A stretch of DNA of 64,000 bases from IMG/VR virus record IMGVR_UViG_3300028048_000077, positions 64,772 to 128,771 of that record; one strand, 5' to 3'. Origin of the DNA: a virus. Lineage: Duplodnaviria > Caudoviricetes. The notes beneath the pieces are model-generated. The model saw only the letters and a program-made list of their open reading frames with translations. It had not been told where the DNA came from and ran no database searches. A program made the translations under genes and the position numbers. This document shows, one piece after another, positions 10,124 through 17,728 of the stretch (positions are counted from its first letter, which is position 1; each line of letters begins with the position of its first letter).

Positions 10124-10816
10124 ATGATAAATAGAAGTATTATAGAATTATGTTTAAGACGTAATTCGGGGGGGGGGTACTATAATGTAGTGAATAATAC
10201 AAGTTATTCATTCGTTAATGGTTCAAGCTTACCATACCCTTCTGACTATAAAATTCGTCCAGAATGTACAATAGATTTAAGAAGTGGAGAAACTGGAATA
10301 AATTTAAATAGTTATAAAATAAATAATAAAACTATATGTTTTTGGATAAAGGATACAAGTACGTATAGTGGAAATGGTGGAGTAATATTTAGCAATTTTA
10401 ATTTAATGATTAAAAATAATACATTATATATTTTAAATGCTCCAGCATCTGGAACAGTTACATTATGCAGTCATGATTTTACTAAATGGACTTTTGTTGA
10501 AATATATGCAATAAATAATGGTAGTAGTTCTGTAAAAAATATTACATTATTTATAAATGGAACAAAAATAGGAACTTTTACTATTTATTATAATAATACA
10601 TGGGATTATTATGGTGAAAGTATAAAATATATTGGGTATTTTAGTTTAGGGAGCAATAAATTTAATTTTAATGGAATATTATCAGATGTATGTATAATTA
10701 ATGGAAGATATCATACTGATGGTTATAAAATTCCAAGTTATTATTTAAATCATTCATTATATGATAATATAAAATTTTATTTATTATATGAATCAAATGA
10801 TAATATATATGGGTAA
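10124..10816 (+). CDS. LamG/concanavalin-A-like beta-sandwich protein with in-frame G10 tract (ON state)
   Basis: TICFWIK, KWTFVEI, ITLFING and FNGILSDVCI pattern typical of LamG-like domains; G10 at 10168-10177. Confidence 0.75.
   Translation: MINRSIIELCLRRNSGGGYYNVVNNTSYSFVNGSSLPYPSDYKIRPECTIDLRSGETGINLNSYKINNKTICFWIKDTSTYSGNGGVIFSNFNLMIKNNTLYILNAPASGTVTLCSHDFTKWTFVEIYAINNGSSSVKNITLFINGTKIGTFTIYYNNTWDYYGESIKYIGYFSLGSNKFNFNGILSDVCIINGRYHTDGYKIPSYYLNHSLYDNIKFYLLYESNDNIYG
10168..10177 (+). repeat. poly-G(10) homopolymer tract
   Basis: TC-GGGGGGGGGG-TAC encoding SGGGY. Confidence 0.95.
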
Positions 10817-10827
10817 TAAAAAAGAAA

Positions 10828-10852
10828 ATCCCTACCCAATAAGGGTAGGGAT
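10828..10852. terminator. conserved-stem hairpin
   Basis: ATCCCTACCC-AATAA-GGGTAGGGAT. Confidence 0.75.
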
Positions 10853-10865
10853 ATTTTTATTATTA

Positions 10866-11069
10866 TTAATCACAGTAAGTTCTAGAGCATTTAGGACATC
10901 CAGTAATTAAAGTTTCTGCTGCTTCCTCTTTTGTATACTGATCACTTCCAGTACCAAAAATAGTATGTCCACAGCTCCAGCACACACCATCTTTAGGAGC
11001 AAAATATGGAGCCTTAAGCTTTACACATAACTTTTTCTGCTCTTCAATACATTCTTCGATATAACTCAT
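10866..11069 (-). CDS. small Zn-ribbon protein
   Basis: CWSC...CPKC; GGAGG RBS. Confidence 0.7.
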   Translation of the reverse strand: MSYIEECIEEQKKLCVKLKAPYFAPKDGVCWSCGHTIFGTGSDQYTKEEAAETLITGCPKCSRTYCD

Positions 11070-11082
11070 AAACTATTCCTCC

Positions 11083-12270
11083 TTATACTCCATATTTAAT
11101 ATAAAACTCTATTAATTTAGCTTTATACTCTTCATATCCAATTCCAGCATATCCAATTATTATATGATATAATTCTGATCTATGCCCTTCTGTATTATTC
11201 AATATTTTTTCTATTAAATCAAAAACTTCCTTTAAACAGAACATATATTGATTTATCATATTATTATACATAGAATTAAGATATGATTCTTTTGATTCTT
11301 CTTCCTCAGCTAATTTTCTTTTCTTTTCTTCAAATATTTTTCTTATATAATTATCTGTTTCAATTCTGTTACGTTTTTCCCTCTCTTCTATAATTCTTTT
11401 TAGTTTTTCCTCCTCTTCTTTAATCCTTTTTAGTTTTTCTGCTCTCTTTTTAATTAATTTTTCCTGGCATTCTTTAAATGCCTTTCTAAAAATATTTTTC
11501 TCTTCTTCAGATAAATATTTAAAAGGTCTTAAAAATCTTTCTAATTCTCTATTATTATTTTCATCAAGTTGTTTTCTTAATAATATTCTTCTTTTCGCAT
11601 CAATTTCCTTTCTTTTATCTAATAATTCTTTATAATACTCATTTGTATGATTTAAATTAATTTTTAAAGAATAGTCTTCTAAAACTCTTTTATCATTATT
11701 AATTTTAGATGGATCATCATCAACCAAATCCATAAAATCTAATAACCATTTACCTCTAGTAGGATGCCTAAGTTTTCTTAATGCTTTAGCTTCAATTTGC
11801 CGTATTCTTTCTTTTGATACTCCAAAATGTTTTCCAGTATTTTCCAAAGTTTCCATATTATCTAAAAATCTATACTTTAAAACATTCTTTTCTCTATCAT
11901 ATAAAGTATCAAGTATTATATGTATTCTTGCATTATATTCTTCTTTACAAATATCATTTATCATAACATCTTCAGTATAATAAACATCATCTATTAATTC
12001 AGATATGTACTCATTTTCTTTTAATAAATTTCTTTTATACTTTGATACATTTCTATTTATTAAAAGATTAATAAACTGAGCTGGATAGTTATTCTTTAAA
12101 CCACCTTTCTCTATAAGCTCTTCAACAATATTTTCAAATATATCTTCAGATACATCTGAATACTCTGGAAAATGAGAATCAATATATCCTATAACTTTAT
12201 CTTTAAAGATATTATAAGAATCGATATCTCCTTCCATCATTCCATTAACAATTTTAGCATACGATTTCAT
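11083..12270 (-). CDS. sigma-70 region-4 containing protein with C-terminal coiled coil
   Basis: [43 protein letters not shown] closely matches SigA region 4.2; no clear region 2. Confidence 0.8.
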   Translation of the reverse strand: MKSYAKIVNGMMEGDIDSYNIFKDKVIGYIDSHFPEYSDVSEDIFENIVEELIEKGGLKNNYPAQFINLLINRNVSKYKRNLLKENEYISELIDDVYYTEDVMINDICKEEYNARIHIILDTLYDREKNVLKYRFLDNMETLENTGKHFGVSKERIRQIEAKALRKLRHPTRGKWLLDFMDLVDDDPSKINNDKRVLEDYSLKINLNHTNEYYKELLDKRKEIDAKRRILLRKQLDENNNRELERFLRPFKYLSEEEKNIFRKAFKECQEKLIKKRAEKLKRIKEEEEKLKRIIEEREKRNRIETDNYIRKIFEEKKRKLAEEEESKESYLNSMYNNMINQYMFCLKEVFDLIEKILNNTEGHRSELYHIIIGYAGIGYEEYKAKLIEFYIKYGV

Positions 12271-12340
12271 AGCTACTCCTCTCCTCTTTAAAACAAAAAC
12301 TTAGTAAATTTTATAGGGAGTAGCATTTAAGCTACTCCCT

Positions 12341-12362
12341 ATTCATATATATAGTATATAAT
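12341..12362 (-). promoter_or_regulatory. putative early promoter
   Basis: TATATACTATATATATGAAT on the minus strand, followed by hairpin ATAGGGAGTAGC/GCTACTCCCTAT. Confidence 0.65.
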
Positions 12363-12383
12363 TAAAAAATATTTTACACCATC

Positions 12384-12415
12384 TATCCCTGTACCCAACT
12401 AAGGGTACAGGGATA
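12384..12415. terminator. conserved-stem hairpin
   Basis: TATCCCTGTACCC-AACTAA-GGGTACAGGGATA. Confidence 0.75.
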
Positions 12416-12454
12416 AATAGTTTTGAAAAAAGAAAAGCATGAAAATTACAGTAC

Positions 12455-12811
12455 TTATATGTTATTTAATGATAATAATCTATCTACGTCTTTATCTGTA
12501 TAACCATCCCAGTGCTTAGCCTTAGGAATCTCTTTACAGTCAAATAAGTTCCAATACTTATTCTCATAATGATATCCATATGCTCCTTTTGGAGTTTCAA
12601 TGGTTACTAAGAACCAACCACCACCAAAGCAATCTTCACCGTCTTCATGCTTCTTAGTCTTCCAGGCTAACTCTTTATGAGAATTTACAATAGTAGCAAA
12701 TAAAATACATCTCTGAAGATATAAATCATTGAATGAATGAAATCCATCATCTACATCTCCAATATCATCTACACCTGCAATATCACAAATCTTCTTATAT
12801 TTATCTTCCAT
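12455..12811 (-). CDS. conserved phage protein, WDGH-like family
   Basis: DGFHSFNDLY..R, KKHEDG, GWF, YHY and WDGYT motifs. Confidence 0.65.
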   Translation of the reverse strand: MEDKYKKICDIAGVDDIGDVDDGFHSFNDLYLQRCILFATIVNSHKELAWKTKKHEDGEDCFGGGWFLVTIETPKGAYGYHYENKYWNLFDCKEIPKAKHWDGYTDKDVDRLLSLNNI

Positions 12812-12832
12812 AAATTATTACTCCTTTTATCT

Positions 12833-13111
12833 TCAAGTACTTCTTTTTATTGCTTCATTTAAAGCGTCTTTATTTAATTTATAAATTTGTTTATGTAATG
12901 GTGTTACTTCATTTCTATTTATATTATTCTCTTCAATTTCTTGATTAAGATACTCTAATATTCCTTGTCTACAATCTATTTGATTAGTACCAGGTTTATA
13001 TTCTTCTTGACAAATATTAATAATATTTTTTGTACAGTAGTTACATGTATTTTCTAATCTCCATTTTAAAAGCTCTTCTGGGGAAGATGCTATTTTCTGC
13101 CATCTCTTCAT
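12833..13111 (-). CDS. hypothetical Cys-containing protein
   Basis: AGGAGG RBS; CNYC motif. Confidence 0.65.
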   Translation of the reverse strand: MKRWQKIASSPEELLKWRLENTCNYCTKNIINICQEEYKPGTNQIDCRQGILEYLNQEIEENNINRNEVTPLHKQIYKLNKDALNEAIKRST

Positions 13112-13135
13112 TTATACCCCTCCTAAAAAAGAAAG

Positions 13136-13161
13136 TCTCTCTACTCATAAGAGTAGAGAGA
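13136..13161. terminator. conserved-stem hairpin
   Basis: TCTCTCTACTC-ATAA-GAGTAGAGAGA. Confidence 0.7.
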
Positions 13162-13167
13162 AAATTC

Positions 13168-13260
13168 TTAGTTATCTTTCTTCTTCAAACCAAGCATAAC
13201 CAGGTTAAATACTACGATGCCAACAATAGCACCAGTTAAAAGGATTACAAGATCACCCAT
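13168..13260 (-). CDS. 30-aa single-TM peptide (not in ORF track)
   Basis: GAGGT RBS; MGDLVILLTGAIVGIVVFNLVMLGLKKKDN. Confidence 0.65.
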   Translation of the reverse strand: MGDLVILLTGAIVGIVVFNLVMLGLKKKDN

Positions 13261-13280
13261 ATTATCTTACCTCTTTTCTA

Positions 13281-13811
13281 TTATTTATTCTCAATCCATG
13301 CTGGGCAAGGAGCAGTAACTTTAAGAGACTCATAGGCTCCAACTTTGCTCATGCCACGGCCATAGATCTTCTTACCATTACTATCAATACCTACAACCTT
13401 AGGGAATGGACGAGAAGATGCTTCAATCTCTTTAAGCTCAATTGCTACATTGCTCTTCTCACGGCCACCCATAGCAATTTTACGACCAGTGTGTACATAA
13501 GAGTTTACAAACTCCTTACTGATGTTTACCATGTTCTCAGCTTCAGAAGTTCCAAACTCATAGTTTACTGCAAGTGCATCAGCTTCAGTGTTACTAATGC
13601 CAGCAGAGTGCTGAAGAACAGAGGAAACAATCTGCTTAGCAGATTCAGCAGGACAATACTCACCAGTCTTACCAGACTTGTCATAGACAGCTACTTTGTA
13701 AGAAGTGTCATTGAGCATAGCCTTCATTACACGAACTTCGTCCTTCTTAGAGGAACTCTTCTGAGTAAGATTAGTCTTAATCTCGTTAATCAACTTTTCA
13801 ACTTTTTCCAT
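13281..13811 (-). CDS. hypothetical protein, probably highly expressed
   Basis: AGGAGG RBS; codon usage like the capsid gene. Confidence 0.75.
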   Translation of the reverse strand: MEKVEKLINEIKTNLTQKSSSKKDEVRVMKAMLNDTSYKVAVYDKSGKTGEYCPAESAKQIVSSVLQHSAGISNTEADALAVNYEFGTSEAENMVNISKEFVNSYVHTGRKIAMGGREKSNVAIELKEIEASSRPFPKVVGIDSNGKKIYGRGMSKVGAYESLKVTAPCPAWIENK

Positions 13812-13961
13812 TTTAGAAACCTCCTATATATGCATATATAATGGAACCATTATAACTAAGTCTATTGCTTAGTAACTTTTAACTCATCTAATCCTATTGG
13901 TTTCAATGCTTTCACGTCAATTGGAGTGGATTTTAAATCTATTTCACCCTCTTTTAACATT

Positions 13962-14129
13962 TCATTCTCTTTTAATTTCCTTGGTTTTATATTTTTCTCG
14001 TTCATCTTCAGTCAAATGGAAGAATACCTTAGGTAATTTTCCATGTTTTCCTTTCTCTAGAAGAAGTTTATCGAAATCTTCTCTAGAATATTTACATATC
14101 TCTTTAAAGAATTCTGTAGGCTTTGGCAT
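13962..14129 (-). CDS. 55-aa hypothetical protein (not in ORF track)
   Basis: GGTGGTG RBS; MPKPTEFFKEICKYSREDFDKLL... Confidence 0.55.
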   Translation of the reverse strand: MPKPTEFFKEICKYSREDFDKLLLEKGKHGKLPKVFFHLTEDEREKYKTKEIKRE

Positions 14130-14186
14130 AGCTTCACCACCTTCATTATATTATTGGCAAGGGTTTAGAAAAGTATTTTAAGATAA

Positions 14187-14221
14187 CAAAAAAGAAAGGG
14201 AAGCATTGTATTGCTTTCCCT
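14187..14221 (-). terminator. intrinsic terminator of the mini-peptide unit
   Basis: minus strand GGGAAAGCAA-TACA-ATGCTTCCC-TTTCTTTTTT. Confidence 0.7.
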
Positions 14222-14257
14222 TGAGGAATTACAAGCCAGTATGTTGGTGATATGATG

Positions 14258-14338
14258 CTAGAAAATTAAGAATTTTATCAATTCTATTATCAGACTTTCG
14301 ATTAAGCCCAATATGAATTGTATTAAAATCTTCATCAT
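14258..14338 (-). CDS. 26-aa amphipathic peptide, type I toxin-like
   Basis: AGAAAGGAGG RBS; MMKILIQFILGLIESLIIELIKFLIF; own promoter motif and terminator. Confidence 0.65.
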   Translation of the reverse strand: MMKILIQFILGLIESLIIELIKFLIF

Positions 14339-14402
14339 ATCATTAACCTCCTTTCTGCTGGCGTGAATAGGGTATAGAGTAGTTGGTGAAGAAGCTATAC
14401 CC

Positions 14403-14425
14403 TATTCATATCTATAGTATATAAC
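14403..14425 (-). promoter_or_regulatory. putative early promoter
   Basis: GTTATATACTATAGATATGAATA on the minus strand; 14-bp inverted repeat TGAATAGGGTATAG/CTATACCCTATTCA directly downstream. Confidence 0.65.
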
Positions 14426-14452
14426 TAAAAATAGTTAGTTTATCAGTATAAA

Positions 14453-14478
14453 TCCCTCTACCCAAATGGGTAGAGGGA
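14453..14478. terminator. conserved-stem hairpin
   Basis: TCCCTCTACCC-AAAT-GGGTAGAGGGA. Confidence 0.75.
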
Positions 14479-14484
14479 AATGTT

Positions 14485-14757
14485 TTAGTTAATAATCATA
14501 TTAATAAAATCTTTAATATCAATTCGTTTATTTTTATGTAATTCTTTAATAGTTTCTATTTTTTCTGGAATATTTTTTATAGTTTCATCTATAAGATGTT
14601 CTTTAATATCTAATATATCTATCCAAAAATTATTATCAAACTCAATTTCAATATATTTTGTATTAATTTCTTTACCTAATAATTTTCTTACATTAGTTAA
14701 TTTAGCTTTTGATATATCGATATGACTATTATAATCAAGATTAATAATACAACTCAT
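14485..14757 (-). CDS. hypothetical protein
   Basis: 90 aa ORF with AAGGTGG RBS. Confidence 0.6.
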   Translation of the reverse strand: MSCIINLDYNSHIDISKAKLTNVRKLLGKEINTKYIEIEFDNNFWIDILDIKEHLIDETIKNIPEKIETIKELHKNKRIDIKDFINMIIN

Positions 14758-14774
14758 AATTATTTTACCACCTT

Positions 14775-15545
14775 TTAATTAATACAATACATAATAGGCT
14801 GATTCTTGTTTGCTGGAGATACATAGGTTTCTTTAAGTTTATCCACAATATCTTGTCTTCTCTCTGCCTTATTCTGAAGATCACTTATCTTCATATCTGT
14901 ACCAGCAAATACAGTTTCTATTCCATCATAATATTTAAGATTTTCATATAGATAACTTGCTACATCTGCAATTGCAAGTTCTTCAAATGTTTCCATCTTA
15001 GTAGGAGCAATAGTCATAAGATTTGTACTATGCTTAACAAATAAACTAATAGGAATCTTAGTAAGGAAATTGAGCATACTATGATCTATAATACCACTAA
15101 GTTTAATCATATTAGGCTCAATATATTCTACATAAATACCATTTGAGAATACAGATACATGGTCAGCTATCATCTGAGTCATCATAATATCTTCAGCATC
15201 ATAAGAAGAAGATAATAAATCAAATGTACCCCATCCACCACCTAACTGATATGCTGGAGCTTTAGAAGAGAAATCATGCCAGTCTATATCACCAGCACCA
15301 AGTATCTTTACACTATTACATATATCTTCATCTATGATATAAGTATTACGAAACTTTTTATTTTCTGGACCCAGAATATATCTTATCTTATGTGGAAAGA
15401 AACGAGAGAAGGTATCTAATGTATCTCCATCTATTACTTCTACCCAAGTATCTTTTGCTAGATTATCTGGTAGATGTAGCATTTTTGTACCAATTCGACG
15501 CTCAATCTTATTCAAAAGATCAGTCATTCTATTATTCATTGGCAT
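14775..15545 (-). CDS. probable virion neck/head-completion-like protein
   Basis: GGAGG RBS; loose resemblance in size and C-terminal helix pattern to neck proteins; near the prohead protease. Confidence 0.4.
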   Translation of the reverse strand: MPMNNRMTDLLNKIERRIGTKMLHLPDNLAKDTWVEVIDGDTLDTFSRFFPHKIRYILGPENKKFRNTYIIDEDICNSVKILGAGDIDWHDFSSKAPAYQLGGGWGTFDLLSSSYDAEDIMMTQMIADHVSVFSNGIYVEYIEPNMIKLSGIIDHSMLNFLTKIPISLFVKHSTNLMTIAPTKMETFEELAIADVASYLYENLKYYDGIETVFAGTDMKISDLQNKAERRQDIVDKLKETYVSPANKNQPIMYCIN

Positions 15546-15565
15546 GGTAGTAAACCTCCAATCAA

Positions 15566-15587
15566 TTATATACTATATATATGAGTA
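15566..15587 (+). promoter_or_regulatory. putative early promoter
   Basis: TTATATACTATATATATGAGTA. Confidence 0.65.
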
Positions 15588-15606
15588 AGTAAGAAGGGAG
15601 AATCAT

Positions 15607-16359
15607 ATGTATAAACGAATTAAATTGTGGATCGATAAATCGTATGAAGCACTGAATGGTAAAATAAATAGAATACCAGCAGTTGGTTATACGATTAACT
15701 ATGATCCTAATGTAACTAAATTGGGTGGGGAGAACAATGCATATCTAACATTTTATTCTCAAACCATTCAAAAATTTCTTTGTAATAAACTTAGTACAGA
15801 GAAAGAATACAGAGCTATGACTGTAATTATTGTAGCACATGAGTTATCTCATATAGACCAAGCTATTGATTATGATAGATATTCTAATGATATTCAATAT
15901 GCTAGAGCTATAGAAGAAGATAATAATAAGCGTACTTTTATATGGCTATTAAATAATCTAGAATATGTAAATAGTATTATGTATGGTATTGATATACAGT
16001 TCATAATCAATTATGCTAGGAATTATAATGTAAATTTACAAAACAACGTAAATCTCTCTATTTATGATACTATACGTACACAAATAGAGCCTCTTATGAG
16101 TCAAGTAGCATGCAGATTTGACGATATGATCAATATCACACTAAGAATACTAAAAAACAACATACCAATCGATTATATAGTAAAAATCAATGGTAAACTT
16201 GGAAATACTGAATCTATTATGAATGCTTTAAGAGAAATATATAGATATAATAAGTATATGTTAAAAAATATATTACTTAATAATTCTATTCTCATTGAAG
16301 TATCTCTTGATGAAGAAGATTCATACATTACCAAACATATGCATTATTCAATAACTTAA
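15607..16359 (+). CDS. HExxH putative metallopeptidase
   Basis: VAHELSHIDQ plus downstream IEEDN. Confidence 0.55.
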   Translation: MYKRIKLWIDKSYEALNGKINRIPAVGYTINYDPNVTKLGGENNAYLTFYSQTIQKFLCNKLSTEKEYRAMTVIIVAHELSHIDQAIDYDRYSNDIQYARAIEEDNNKRTFIWLLNNLEYVNSIMYGIDIQFIINYARNYNVNLQNNVNLSIYDTIRTQIEPLMSQVACRFDDMINITLRILKNNIPIDYIVKINGKLGNTESIMNALREIYRYNKYMLKNILLNNSILIEVSLDEEDSYITKHMHYSIT

Positions 16360-16393
16360 AGAAAAAGAGTCCCAAGATGGGACTCTTTCTTTT

Positions 16394-17251
16394 TTATTTT
16401 AAGCAATAGTTCATAATCTCATTCTGTACATACTTCTCAAGTGGAACAAAGATTGTATCATAATTTTTATCTACTAATGTAACCATCTTACCATCTTCAG
16501 ATAGTGCAATACTCTGATAGAAACAATCAAAGTTCTCAATAATAGTTTGAATATTAGTAGACTCCTGTTTGATATAATCAATTACGTTCTTATTGGAGAA
16601 AGGAGCAATAATCTGGAATCCTTCCTCTACACCCTGGGTATTACCATATTCTTTAATCAGATCTTGATTAACCTTAAGCTTATATGGTTTATTCTGTAAC
16701 TCTGTACCCTCGGTTACAATCTTCTCCATATATGCAGTAGGATGAGAAGGATAGTATACTCTATCCCAAGTAATAACTCTAAGGTTATTTACATATGCCT
16801 TACCATTACGATTCTCAATAGAACCAAGAGCTCTAAGAGAGAATGAAGGCTTTTCACCATAACGAAGATCTTTATCAAACTCATCACCAAATTGGTTATT
16901 AGTACCACGGAACTGAGCTTTTACTTTATTTCCATCCATCCACAGTTTAGTATACTGAACCTGTACAAGTTTAGGCTCAATCTTAGCCTGACGAGCTAAA
17001 TCTTTAGCATCTGGATGACCAGCCTCACCTTTAAGATTACCAGTCTCAAGAAGCTCTTTAGTACGAGGAGTTACATAAATCTCTCTATATAAATCCTTAT
17101 GAGCATATACACGCTTATTACGGTTTAACTGCTCAGCCTCCTGAATGATACCCTCACCAATTACTCTATAACCATCATCATTCTTTATCTGGAACTCAAT
17201 CTCTTTTGCAGAAGATTCATTGATAATATATCCAATATTTGATACTGCCAT
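16394..17251 (-). CDS. prohead core (maturation) protease, T4 gp21-like
   Basis: NRNKRVY, GEAGHP, FSLRALGS and TWDRVYYPSH motifs. Confidence 0.9.
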   Translation of the reverse strand: MAVSNIGYIINESSAKEIEFQIKNDDGYRVIGEGIIQEAEQLNRNKRVYAHKDLYREIYVTPRTKELLETGNLKGEAGHPDAKDLARQAKIEPKLVQVQYTKLWMDGNKVKAQFRGTNNQFGDEFDKDLRYGEKPSFSLRALGSIENRNGKAYVNNLRVITWDRVYYPSHPTAYMEKIVTEGTELQNKPYKLKVNQDLIKEYGNTQGVEEGFQIIAPFSNKNVIDYIKQESTNIQTIIENFDCFYQSIALSEDGKMVTLVDKNYDTIFVPLEKYVQNEIMNYCLK

Positions 17252-17322
17252 TTTCTACGTTCCTCCCTTAATTTGATTATTAGTAAGTCAAATTGAGGAA
17301 AATGTAAAAGTAGAAAAAACGG

Positions 17323-17345
17323 GTTATATACTATAAATATGAATA
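17323..17345 (+). promoter_or_regulatory. putative early promoter
   Basis: GTTATATACTATAAATATGAAT overlapping hairpin ATGAATAGAT/ATCTATTCAT. Confidence 0.65.
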
Positions 17346-17416
17346 GATGTCCGTATCTATTCATAATAAAAAAATGTTGGGGTTGCTCATCCCCATTGCT
17401 TAAGGAGGCGATTAAA

Positions 17417-17710
17417 ATGAGATGGTTAAATAAAATAGTAAATAAGCAGGTTATCCGTGCCTTTAGTTTTATCCCAGCATTAGGCTGGAGAGAGGTTCCA
17501 GTCGAAGAGGTTAAACACTTCTTCAGACATAACCTTGATAAGATGAAAGTAGATGACCGTGCCTCTTACCGTCGCACCTGTGACGGCAAGTTAGTTTGTT
17601 TTATCATTGCCTTTTATGGTAATGAAAACAAGAAAGATGTCAATTATGTAAAGGGAATCCTTAAAGACGCCCTTTACAAGCATGAGAAAGCTATGAAGGG
17701 TGCTGCTTAA
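17417..17710 (+). CDS. hypothetical early protein
   Basis: AAGGAGG RBS before ATG at 17417. Confidence 0.7.
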   Translation: MRWLNKIVNKQVIRAFSFIPALGWREVPVEEVKHFFRHNLDKMKVDDRASYRRTCDGKLVCFIIAFYGNENKKDVNYVKGILKDALYKHEKAMKGAA

Positions 17711-17728
17711 GCACCCTTCATTTTTTTT

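Noticed and set aside
9343-10852. Invertible segment bounded by the two similar hairpins
   Set aside because: The repeats belong to the genome-wide palindromic family, no invertase is nearby, and inversion would not alter either gene's upstream region
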